From positions 1-64,000 of IMG/VR virus record IMGVR_UViG_3300037067_027602: a stretch of DNA of 64,000 bases; one strand, given 5' to 3'. Both the position numbers and the translations under genes were made by a program. Below, piece by piece: positions 17,252 through 25,927 of the stretch; within the stretch, counting starts at the first letter, position 1; every line of letters starts with the position of its first letter. The notes below the pieces were generated by a model. That model ran no database searches. It saw only the letters and a list, made by a program, of their open reading frames with translations, and was not told the DNA's origin. Origin of the DNA: a virus. Taxonomy: Duplodnaviria; Caudoviricetes.

Positions 17252-18939
17252 CGCACGGCCTCATGGGCATCGGTGACGAACTCGGGGTGGGAGATGCCCT
17301 TGAGCACCTGCTCCAAAAACATGCGCCAATGCGGCAACTTGTGGTTCTTGCGTTGGGAATGGATGTTCTTGAGCGTCTTGTAGGACATGCACCATTCACG
17401 CCGCTGGAGGAAACCCTCGGGAAGGACGGACTTGACGTGCTCCAGCGGAGTGCCCGCGTTGACCATGTCGTAGATCTTGCTGGCGGTGCGCTCGTCGCAT
17501 GAACCAGGCTCGAACATAGCCCTGATGGTGGTAATCCCAAGCACCCCGGACCACAACACGTCCTTGTTGAGCGTATGCATTGTGCTATTCCCCGACCATA
17601 TGGCTTTGCCGTTTCTTCTCGTATACAAAGTTCCGTTAGGTACGCTTGCACAATATACCTTCCCGACATAATCTTCAAGGAAAATATTTCCTTTAGAGGT
17701 AGAAAACATTCTGGTTTTGTGAGGAGATACGCAATACACATCATGCCTAGGATACTTCATTTCGCGCTTCGTGATGTTCGATGATATTCCAATATTTCTT
17801 AAAAGCCTTTGGACGTCATCAGCCAACTGTTTTGACACAGTGCTATAAATTCCAGAATACTTTGTTCCGTCACCAGCAAATAAACCCTTCCAAACTTCCA
17901 TTTGAAGTTCTTTAGACCAAGAAAAAACATATTCTGGAATATGTTTATTTAAAACTTTCCCCAATCCTGAAAAAATGTTATAAAATTGCTTATTTGAAAT
18001 TATCCACCTGTAATGCTTGCATCCGGAAGAAGTGTTTCTCTTCATATCAGTTTTATGAACCTTAAAAGGGAAAGATTTCAAACACTCTTCTATCATTGTA
18101 ATACATGGGTTATCATCATTTTGACACACAGAAACATTATAATTCCTCTTGGCTTTCTCACAACTTCCTTCCGCAAGGTAGAAGCCAAGGAACCACGCCC
18201 ATTTTTTACTATCCAAATTAAGCTCAGGCCAATTTTTGACGCATTCCCTACTACCCGTATCCCAAATATAATTTTCTTCCGGTACATGAAAAATTTGAGA
18301 TGGATCACCATCTCTCCAATCCCCTATTTTAGGAATGAATATTTTCTTGTTGACGGCTTTTACTGCCTTGACTTTTTTAAATATATTCCATTCGCTATGT
18401 TTCATACAAACAATCAAATCATGTTCCTGAGTTACCAGTAAATCTATTTTTTTGTTTAAAATATGAACCATCGGTTTAGAATATCCAAACACCATTCTTT
18501 CTGTGGAAGCCTGATATTCCAAAGTCTTAGTATCTATATTCAAAGTAGCAAATTTGGCATTTTCTGGAACATCCTTAAATAAAAACCACCCCTTATCCGT
18601 CAAGGCCTCAGTATCTTCTGAAAAGCATGCGGACTGCTTCGTGCTGAGCCGATAAGTGTCAGCCTCCTGCCACCAGAACCTCGGTGCGGTGACATCAAGC
18701 CACATGACCATGGACTCAAGGAACTTGTTGTGGCCGCCGTCCATCGGGGCGAGCCGGGCGGTCAGCCTGTCAAGTTGATCCCTAGTGTTGTCGGGGAGGT
18801 CTCCGTAGTCGCGGAACGGCGTGGTGACGCCCTTGCTCAGCCCCAGGCCGAAGGCGGCGCTGCGGTAGCCGGCCTCCTCCATGACCTTGGCGACCATGAC
18901 TGGTTGATAAGCAACCTCTTTTTCTGTTTCCTGAGTCAT
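17248..18939 (-). CDS. ThyX-like (flavin-dependent thymidylate synthase-like) phage protein with intein
   Basis: GHNKFL, APRFWWQEADTYR, QSA|STMHT, LPEGFLQRR, QRKNHKLPHW. Confidence 0.75.
   Translation of the reverse strand: MTQETEKEVAYQPVMVAKVMEEAGYRSAAFGLGLSKGVTTPFRDYGDLPDNTRDQLDRLTARLAPMDGGHNKFLESMVMWLDVTAPRFWWQEADTYRLSTKQSACFSEDTEALTDKGWFLFKDVPENAKFATLNIDTKTLEYQASTERMVFGYSKPMVHILNKKIDLLVTQEHDLIVCMKHSEWNIFKKVKAVKAVNKKIFIPKIGDWRDGDPSQIFHVPEENYIWDTGSRECVKNWPELNLDSKKWAWFLGFYLAEGSCEKAKRNYNVSVCQNDDNPCITMIEECLKSFPFKVHKTDMKRNTSSGCKHYRWIISNKQFYNIFSGLGKVLNKHIPEYVFSWSKELQMEVWKGLFAGDGTKYSGIYSTVSKQLADDVQRLLRNIGISSNITKREMKYPRHDVYCVSPHKTRMFSTSKGNIFLEDYVGKVYCASVPNGTLYTRRNGKAIWSGNSTMHTLNKDVLWSGVLGITTIRAMFEPGSCDERTASKIYDMVNAGTPLEHVKSVLPEGFLQRREWCMSYKTLKNIHSQRKNHKLPHWRMFLEQVLKGISHPEFVTDAHEAVR
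17587..18627 (-). mobile_element. Intein (347 aa) with LAGLIDADG homing endonuclease
   Basis: Starts CFSEDTE, block B VTQEH, FLGFYLAEG and GLFAGDG, ends VYC..VPNG...WSGN|S; strongly AT-rich. Confidence 0.93.
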
Positions 18940-18975
18940 TTTCCTCGCTCCTTTTTTCTGGTTGATGCCCCGTAA

Positions 18976-19197
18976 TTAACTGGCTACGGGACCAGAGGCC
19001 ATGTCCTCCACGTCAGTGGAGAAGTTGAAGAAAGCGGCAGTTCGGGGATCGAGCCAGCTAAGTTTTAAGGCTTGCTCGTTGCGGTCTAAGGTTTGCCATC
19101 GAAATTTTTCGTTCGCCGGAAAATCCGGTTCGGTGTCGATCTCGTTGGAGCCCAAAGGGCGTTTCATATTGGCCCATGGCCAATGGGGGGCCGTCAA
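18976..19197 (-). CDS. Hypothetical protein
   Basis: Fills the gap in a minus-strand operon. Confidence 0.45.
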   Translation of the reverse strand: MTAPHWPWANMKRPLGSNEIDTEPDFPANEKFRWQTLDRNEQALKLSWLDPRTAAFFNFSTDVEDMASGPVAS

Positions 19198-19219
19198 CCT
19201 TCCCCGCCGCTTCCTGGAA

Positions 19220-19669
19220 TCAAACTTTCGTGATGGCGTTGTGGTCGTTGATGGCGTCCTGCAGATCGTTCACGAGATCCTGCGCCGTCACCCTGGCCAG
19301 CTCGACGTAGGAGTGATCCATCACCGGCTTGGAGAAGGTGTCGCCGCCCTCCCCGTAGTTGTGATGCCTCTCGGGCTGGCAGGGGATGGTCTTCAGGAAC
19401 GCCAGCGTAGCCTTCGCCTCGGACATCGCGGCGAGCTTGTCGGCCACGGGGGCGGAGCCACGGGCGATCCTCGCCTTCAGGTCGACGAGCCGGAGCTTGA
19501 GGGAGCCGAGCTCGCAGAACATCCCCTTGACGTCCATGGGGACGTCCACGCCCTCCTCGACCATGTTGTGGGAGGCGATCTCCTGCTGAAGCCTGGCTAC
19601 CTCGCCCGCCACCCGGTTCTTTTCCGTCATCGCCTTGTTGATGGACATCTTCTGTGACAGGTCTCTCAT
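19220..19669 (-). CDS. Coiled-coil hypothetical protein (DIP1984-like)
   Basis: MSINKAM.EKNRV...LQDAINDHNAITKV pattern. Confidence 0.6.
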   Translation of the reverse strand: MRDLSQKMSINKAMTEKNRVAGEVARLQQEIASHNMVEEGVDVPMDVKGMFCELGSLKLRLVDLKARIARGSAPVADKLAAMSEAKATLAFLKTIPCQPERHHNYGEGGDTFSKPVMDHSYVELARVTAQDLVNDLQDAINDHNAITKV

Positions 19670-19701
19670 GATTTTTACGCCCCGTTTTTGGTTGTTGCGG
19701 G

Positions 19702-19750
19702 AATTTACCACGCCGCCCGCATGATTGCAAGGCGGCGCGTGAAAATTTTT
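19702..19750 (-). promoter_or_regulatory. Phage promoter
   Basis: A/T tract, TTGCAA-N17-TAAATT, followed by aaccaaaaac leader. Confidence 0.6.
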
Positions 19751-21817
19751 CTACGCCATCTCCGGCAGCTCGGCATGGGCCCGGGTCGGGAAGTCCAGTT
19801 CCCTGCGCTCCGGCGCCCAGTCTTTTGGGTGAGTGTAGTAGCCCACCACCCTCGTCAACCAGTCCCTGATCTCCCCGCCGCAGACCGGGCAAACCGTATG
19901 CTTTCCGGCGGTGGCGTGGACCTCCGGGCCGCAATGGCAGATGGAGATGATCGGGTTGAAGGCGAAATGCTCGCAGCCGAATTCAACCGCCTTGTCCCAG
20001 AGGAACTCCGACTGCCTCGGCGTGGTCATCTCGCCGTCGAGCGTGAGGTGGACGATGCCGCCGCCGCTTACCATGGCGTTGTACCTGCCGTCGTCCTCCA
20101 GGCGCTCGATGGCGGTGGCCGGCACGGAGAGGGGAATGAACTGGTTGGAGTAGAGGACCACGTTGGCGGCCGACCTGCCCAGGACCGCCTTGTCGGCTTT
20201 GGCGAAGCGGACGGCGAAGCTCTCCCCGGGGATCTGCTCGATGTTGCCGGAGATCTTGTAGGTCTTGGAGAACTCCTTGACCAGCGACTCCAGCTCCTTG
20301 AGCATCTCGCCCTGTGGGTCTTCGCCCCAACCCGGCTTTCCGGCGCATTCCCGGGCCGCCTCGTAGGTGCCGATGATGCCGAAGATCGAGAACATCCGCC
20401 CCATGCTGATCCAGCCGTTGTCGATGAAGCTCTGCAGCCCGCAGGCCTGGACGTCGCCGATCAGGTTCTTGTGCGACTTCAACACCTTGGCGGCGTCCTC
20501 GGCCCTCGACCGCAGCAGCGCCATGAAGGAGTCTTTGTCCGCCGCCTCCATGGCGATCCGGGGCATGTTTAGTGTGCAGACGCGGTGCCCGCCAAGGGAC
20601 ACCGAGCCGCCGGCCCCGAAGCTGTTCGCCTGGGAGGCCAGCTCCATCAGCTCGGAGTCGTTGACGAGGCGGCAGCAGGTGGCGTACTTGTCGCCCTCGG
20701 AGCTGAAGATGTTGTAGCGGTGGATCTGGTGCCGGCACACCGCCTTCTGGAAGGCTTTGTCGGCCACCACCCATTTCCCCTTGCCCTGGACGGGAAGCCC
20801 GTCCTCCCCCCTCTCCCCGACCCATTCCTTGGCGGCGGTGACGGAGCTGATCGGGAAGCGGTAGGGGATGCCGCCGTTGAGCGGGTCGCCCTTGTCGAAG
20901 AGATCCATGTAGATCCACTGGAGCTCCAGGATGGCGTCCACGACGAGGATGTCCAGGTCGGAGTGCCACGCCTCGTCGGTGATCCCCTCCGGGCGCGGGT
21001 GGGCCTTGCATTGGTCCGGTAGGAGATGATGGTAGCCGGACACGAGCTTGAGCAGCTTCGTCCTGTCCATGATGGACACGTTGGTGAAGGGGGACTGGCT
21101 GGCCTCCCTGGAGAGGGAATTGACCGAGTGGATGAACTGCTGGAAGCGGTTCTCGCAACGCTTGCGGAGAACGCGGTCCTTCCTTAGGTCGTACCCGGTC
21201 ACCCCCTCCTTGTAGAGCAGCACCGCCGCCATGTCCATGAAGATGGTCGGCGTCGCCACCGCCCCGGCCATGTGCTGGCTGAGCTGGTGGATCGTCTCCA
21301 CCGCGGCCGACACGTAGCTCTCCAGGTTCTTCGCCGGGGCGGACGGGAGCTGGCCGAAAGGCCTGCCCTCGGTGACTATCCGGCTGAAATCGAAGGCGTA
21401 GCAGTAGTTCGACAGGATCTTGGTGGTGTCGGACAGCCCGAGGGAGAGGTCGTACATCTCGCCGGAGAGCCTCTTCGCCTCCTGCTTGCCCCAGTCCTGG
21501 AGCATCCTTCCATAGAGCTGGTCGTAGCCGACGAGCTTCTTGTGGGCGGCCAGCACCTCCTGGAACAAGCTCTCGACCGTGCGGTCGGTCTTGTTCGCGT
21601 TATCGTCGATGCTGGCGTCGTTGATCCGCGACTCGTTGAGCCGGCGGTTGACCTCCCGGACGACGTCGAAACGGCTGTCGTCCAGGCCATGGATCTTCAG
21701 GATGCCGTCGGCCGTCTTCCTGGCGTCCTTCGGTTTGTATTTCTTTTCGATGGACTTGATCAGGCTCTTGCGTATGTTCCTGAACGTCCTCGCCGAATCC
21801 GCTTCCTCGCCAAACAT
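19751..21817 (-). CDS. nrdD: Anaerobic (class III) ribonucleotide reductase
   Basis: NYC, QSPFTNVS, YRFP, TCCRL, EQIPGES, C..C Zn site, TRVVGY glycyl-radical motif. Confidence 0.95.
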   Translation of the reverse strand: MFGEEADSARTFRNIRKSLIKSIEKKYKPKDARKTADGILKIHGLDDSRFDVVREVNRRLNESRINDASIDDNANKTDRTVESLFQEVLAAHKKLVGYDQLYGRMLQDWGKQEAKRLSGEMYDLSLGLSDTTKILSNYCYAFDFSRIVTEGRPFGQLPSAPAKNLESYVSAAVETIHQLSQHMAGAVATPTIFMDMAAVLLYKEGVTGYDLRKDRVLRKRCENRFQQFIHSVNSLSREASQSPFTNVSIMDRTKLLKLVSGYHHLLPDQCKAHPRPEGITDEAWHSDLDILVVDAILELQWIYMDLFDKGDPLNGGIPYRFPISSVTAAKEWVGERGEDGLPVQGKGKWVVADKAFQKAVCRHQIHRYNIFSSEGDKYATCCRLVNDSELMELASQANSFGAGGSVSLGGHRVCTLNMPRIAMEAADKDSFMALLRSRAEDAAKVLKSHKNLIGDVQACGLQSFIDNGWISMGRMFSIFGIIGTYEAARECAGKPGWGEDPQGEMLKELESLVKEFSKTYKISGNIEQIPGESFAVRFAKADKAVLGRSAANVVLYSNQFIPLSVPATAIERLEDDGRYNAMVSGGGIVHLTLDGEMTTPRQSEFLWDKAVEFGCEHFAFNPIISICHCGPEVHATAGKHTVCPVCGGEIRDWLTRVVGYYTHPKDWAPERRELDFPTRAHAELPEMA

Positions 21818-21829
21818 GAAAATTCCCTC

Positions 21830-22327
21830 CTAGTTTAATGGAGCCAAAGCGGCCCCGAACCATTGTTGATTCAAAGAGGCCAGCTCCGGCCTTCCGTTTC
21901 TCCTCTTGCCCGCCGCTGGATTCCTCTTGGACTCCAGGAAAGGGCCGCACTTCACGTAGTCGAAGCCGGTGACCCCGGAGGCTTTAACCTCGTCGGGCAT
22001 GGCCCCCGTGTAGACCGCCACGGAAAGACCCCTGGACTTCAGCAGCCCCAGCAGCTCCTTCGTGGACTTGACGTTGGCAGGGTCGAGGGGGTCTCCCCCC
22101 GTGAGCACGACCTTGTCGGTGTAGTTCCTCCTCGCCGACGCCTCGACGACCTCGGCCAGGACCCTGGCTGGGATGTCCTGGCAATTCTCGCCGCCCTCCC
22201 CCGCGAGGGACGGGTTCTGGCAACCCGGGCAGCCCCTTCGGCAGCCCGGGATGAACACGGTGATGGCGTGGGCGTCATCCTCGGGGTAGTCCTGGAAGGT
22301 CAACCCCAGGGGCAGCGCCGCCCTCAA
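21830..22327 (-). CDS. nrdG: Anaerobic RNR activating radical SAM enzyme
   Basis: GCRRGCPGCQN, LTGGDP, YTG, KCGPF, ASLNQ; adjacent to nrdD. Confidence 0.92.
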   Translation of the reverse strand: MRAALPLGLTFQDYPEDDAHAITVFIPGCRRGCPGCQNPSLAGEGGENCQDIPARVLAEVVEASARRNYTDKVVLTGGDPLDPANVKSTKELLGLLKSRGLSVAVYTGAMPDEVKASGVTGFDYVKCGPFLESKRNPAAGKRRNGRPELASLNQQWFGAALAPLN

Positions 22328-23196
22328 AGCTCGATGGACGAGCCCACCCTACCGCCGCAAGGCGGGCCCGACGAGCGCTTCTGGACGTATTGGACGATCT
22401 TCTTCCTGGCATGGTCCCTGGCGTGCTCCACGAGCCCGAAGCCCTCGCTGTAGGCCAGCAAGGAGCTCGGGAAGTCTGGGGGGCGCATGAACACGGCGTT
22501 GGGGACCCGCTCCCAATCCATCGCCACCTGCCGGGACTCCCGGTCGGTGGTCCTCGACATCCAGTCCAGGCCGCGGCCCACCTTGGTGATCCTCTCCTTC
22601 CCGCCCACATCGTTCGGGGACGCCATGATGAAGACGTTGTCGTATTTGTGGGCGTCCATCACCGCTGGCGTGGGGATGTTGTCGTAGACGCCCCCGTCCG
22701 CGACCTTGAGCTTCTCCACGTAGCGGACGGAGCCCTGGTCGTAGCCGTCAAGGACGTCGCCGGTGTAGAGCCGCGGGTCGAACACCTCGGGGATGCCCAT
22801 GGAGCAGAGGGCGGTGAACCAGTTGCCATGGGCGTAGACCGTGTCCTGGGCGACCATGTCGGTCATGGTGACCACGAAGTTCTCGATCCGCCCCGAGCCG
22901 ATCCTGTCCTTCAGGAGCTTCGCCAGCCCGGCGGTGTCGTATATGCCCCGGCCAAAGAACCAGCCGAGAACCCAACGCCGCTTGATCATGCTCTCGACGG
23001 GATTCTTCTTGAACATGTCGAAGATGGCCGCCGGGCTCATCCCGGACATTCGGAGGGAGAGGAGGATGGCCCCCGCGCTGGAGCCCCTGCCGTTGTCGCA
23101 GGAAAACCCGGCGTCCTCCAGAGCCATCATGGCCCCCAGCCCCGCCTCCAGCTGGCGCACCCCACCGCCGCCTATGACAAAAAGATTGTTGCTCAC
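22324..23196 (-). CDS. Patatin-like phospholipase
   Basis: GGGGVR, GSSAG, DGG motifs. Confidence 0.88.
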   Translation of the reverse strand: MSNNLFVIGGGGVRQLEAGLGAMMALEDAGFSCDNGRGSSAGAILLSLRMSGMSPAAIFDMFKKNPVESMIKRRWVLGWFFGRGIYDTAGLAKLLKDRIGSGRIENFVVTMTDMVAQDTVYAHGNWFTALCSMGIPEVFDPRLYTGDVLDGYDQGSVRYVEKLKVADGGVYDNIPTPAVMDAHKYDNVFIMASPNDVGGKERITKVGRGLDWMSRTTDRESRQVAMDWERVPNAVFMRPPDFPSSLLAYSEGFGLVEHARDHARKKIVQYVQKRSSGPPCGGRVGSSIEL

Positions 23197-23239
23197 GATG
23201 AAAAACTCCTTGTGATAAATTGTTATGGATCTAGGAACG

Positions 23240-23944
23240 CTATTTGGCGCCGTGCGATTTCCAGAACTCGTCGTCGGAGAGGAGGTAGGCCATCGTCTCG
23301 TAGTTCAACCCCTGCGGCTTGGCGGCGTCGAACGCGGCGTCCCTCGCCCTCTTGTCGGGGAGGGTGTCCATCCTCCTGGCCAGCGCCTTGCACTGCTGGT
23401 CCGTCGGCTTCCCCGCCGGGTCGCCCCCTTGCCCGTAGTCGATGCCGCCCTCCGGCGGCAACCCTTTCTTCGCCCGCTCCGCCTCCCCGTTGGCGATGTC
23501 GAGGGCCCCCGCCTCCTCCTCGTCGAAATAGAGGTGCAGCCCGACCCCGAAAAGCTTGGCGCAATGTTTCAGGCACAGGGTGACCGCGGCGGCCTCGGCG
23601 TCGTCGTAGTAGGTCGGGGTTCCGCTGACGAACCTGACTTTGGCCGACCCGAGGGCTTGCCGGACGGTGGTCCTGCCGCCCGCCCGGACGGAAAGCTCCC
23701 CGAACACCTTGACGAAGCAGTGCTCGAGCTTTGAGTCCAATATCTTGAACTCCCAGTCAAGGCCGAGGACCTCGTTCAACCTGCCCACGACCCGGCCTCC
23801 CGGGACATACCTGATCTCCTTGACCTTGCCGTCGCTCCAGACCACGGTCCTGGTCCTGAGCTGCTCGTCGAGGAACCTCTCGGCCAATTTCTCCATCACG
23901 GCGGGTTCCCTCTCCCGTGGAGCCTCTTCTTTCTTCTCGGACAT
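23240..23944 (-). CDS. Rad52/Rad22-like (Sak) single-strand annealing protein
   Basis: YVPG..VVGRLNEVLG.DW, A.T.CLKHCA.LFGVGLHLY. Confidence 0.85.
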   Translation of the reverse strand: MSEKKEEAPREREPAVMEKLAERFLDEQLRTRTVVWSDGKVKEIRYVPGGRVVGRLNEVLGLDWEFKILDSKLEHCFVKVFGELSVRAGGRTTVRQALGSAKVRFVSGTPTYYDDAEAAAVTLCLKHCAKLFGVGLHLYFDEEEAGALDIANGEAERAKKGLPPEGGIDYGQGGDPAGKPTDQQCKALARRMDTLPDKRARDAAFDAAKPQGLNYETMAYLLSDDEFWKSHGAK

Positions 23945-23986
23945 TTTCCGTCTCCTGTTTAACCGCCCGAAGGCGGCCTGGTTGCA

Positions 23987-24616
23987 TTAAAATTTACGTC
24001 CCCTGACCATCCGGATTCCGGCGGGAAGCTTCCTCAACGCGGATTCCCGCTCCTCCTCCACCGCCGGATCCCTCGTCTCCTCCTCCATGGCCGCCCTGCT
24101 CGCCGCCTTGGCCGACTGGACCCTCATCGAGCTGGCTTTCGACACGGACTTTTTCCGGATGGCCATGGCCTCCGGCGACACCTCCGTGGCGTAGAAAATC
24201 TTGGAGACCCTCCTCACCGGGGCCTCGACGCCAAGCCCCCTCAAACATAGCATGACCTCCTCCATGGTGAGCCCCTGCCTGGCCCATCCGCGGACATCCT
24301 CCGGTTTAGCCCTTCCCAGGAGCTCCTCGATTGGGACCGCCACCGGGCCGCCGCGCCCTTTCGCCCTGACCCCGATCCTCAGGGCCATGTTCACGACCCT
24401 GGCGGGGACGCGGGACGCCAGCATGGCCTTCTTGAGGTTCTGGTTCCTGTATCCCGCCCTCTCCAGCCGCATGGCCAGCTCGGAGGCGGCCACGGCGTCC
24501 CCCCTGGGGGTTTTCGCCTCGGGGGGCAATCTAACGGGTCCCCTTGGGGATCTTCCCCCTTTTCGGGCGCGGGGCGCACCCCTCGTCGAAGACGTTGATG
24601 CGGACGGGGACGCCAT
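23987..24616 (-). CDS. Hypothetical protein (start uncertain, possibly about 24530)
   Basis: ORF track; operon position. Confidence 0.55.
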   Translation of the reverse strand: MASPSASTSSTRGAPRARKGGRSPRGPVRLPPEAKTPRGDAVAASELAMRLERAGYRNQNLKKAMLASRVPARVVNMALRIGVRAKGRGGPVAVPIEELLGRAKPEDVRGWARQGLTMEEVMLCLRGLGVEAPVRRVSKIFYATEVSPEAMAIRKKSVSKASSMRVQSAKAASRAAMEEETRDPAVEEERESALRKLPAGIRMVRGRKF

Positions 24617-24830
24617 CGCGGTTGATGACCCTCTGGTTCGGCTTCAGCTTGACGTTGGGTATCCCCCTGGTCTTGACGATGGCGGCCGGGGAATTGTAGA
24701 CCCTGGTCGCCTTGGCCCCGCACTCCGGGCACCTCGCCCCGTCCCTTCCGGCCTGGTCGGCCATCGTGAACGATTGCATGGAGACGGTTCCGCATTTTTT
24801 GCGCGAGCAGGAGAATTCGTAGAATGGCAT
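24531..24830 (-). CDS. FmdB-family zinc-ribbon protein
   Basis: MPFYEFSC...CG...CPECG. Confidence 0.8.
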   Translation of the reverse strand: MPFYEFSCSRKKCGTVSMQSFTMADQAGRDGARCPECGAKATRVYNSPAAIVKTRGIPNVKLKPNQRVINRDGVPVRINVFDEGCAPRPKRGKIPKGTR

Positions 24831-24844
24831 GGCGCCCCCTGGAT

Positions 24845-25855
24845 TTATATGTTGGTCAAAGCTTTCATCACCGAGATCCCCACCGCCTCCGCCAGCTTGA
24901 CGGGGACGGCGTTGCCTATCTGCTTGTATTGCGACCCGACGCCTCCGCGGAAAACCCACTCGTCGGGGAAAGTCTGGATTCTGGCGTATTCCCTGACCGT
25001 GAGCGGCCGGGTCTCGTCGGGGTGGCAGCGCTCCGTCTGCCGCTGGGCGGGGGAGCAGGTCAGCGTCAGGCAGGGCTCGTCCCAGGACAGCCTCCTGGCC
25101 ATGCCGGTCTTGCCGCCGCCCTGCTTCAGGCTGTTGCCCATATACGCCTCCCGTATCCCGTCCGGAAGGTCCCGCCAGCATCCGCCGGGCGGGACGAGCT
25201 CCAGGAACGACTTTTTCCTCGATGGATATTGCGCTCCGGGGGAGTCCGGACAATCGTTCTTGTAAATCCCATCGGCCTTGAGCGCGTCCGCCATGGTGTA
25301 GGGCATGCAGCCAGCCACCGGGATCTCCGGCCACCGGAACCGGTCGAAATCGTCTATTTTCAGGAATCCGACAATAAAGAGCCTCTTCCTTTTCTGGGGG
25401 ACTCCGTGGTCGGCTGCGTTCAAGACCTTATGGGAGACAGTGTATCCTTCCGGAATTGAGGAAAGGATTTTCTCCAGCGTCCTCCCCCCGTCATGCCTGG
25501 CGAGATTCTCGACGTTCTCCGCGACGAACGCCTCCGGCATGATCTCCCCCACCGCCCTGGACATCTCGAAGCAAAGCTGGCCGCGGGGGTCTTCGAAACC
25601 TTTTCTTTTCCCGGCCGTGGACCAGGACTGGCATGGATAACCACCACAAACCAAGTTCACCCACGCATATCCTCTGTAGTCGATGTTCGACACATCCTTC
25701 TGGACGACGCTCCATTCCGGACGGTTGGCCATCAACGTGGAACAGGCGTAGGGGTCGTTGTCGATGAGGGCCGCGACCTCGAATCCCGCCCTCTCCATTC
25801 CCAACGCCATGCCCCCCGCCCCCGCGAACAACTCTACGCAAGACAGCTTCTTCAA
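24845..25855 (-). CDS. DNA (cytosine-5) methyltransferase, Sau96I/Eco47II-like
   Basis: LFAGAGG, GGYPCQ, ENV, QKRKR, GGKTGMARRLSWDEPCLTLTCSPAQRQTERCHP, GNAVP. Confidence 0.95.
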   Translation of the reverse strand: MKKLSCVELFAGAGGMALGMERAGFEVAALIDNDPYACSTLMANRPEWSVVQKDVSNIDYRGYAWVNLVCGGYPCQSWSTAGKRKGFEDPRGQLCFEMSRAVGEIMPEAFVAENVENLARHDGGRTLEKILSSIPEGYTVSHKVLNAADHGVPQKRKRLFIVGFLKIDDFDRFRWPEIPVAGCMPYTMADALKADGIYKNDCPDSPGAQYPSRKKSFLELVPPGGCWRDLPDGIREAYMGNSLKQGGGKTGMARRLSWDEPCLTLTCSPAQRQTERCHPDETRPLTVREYARIQTFPDEWVFRGGVGSQYKQIGNAVPVKLAEAVGISVMKALTNI

Positions 25856-25927
25856 TTTTTTCCCCGCTTTCTGTTTCTGGTCCTGAAACCTACATCTACC
25901 TCAAACGCCATTCAAGCCGGAATCCCG

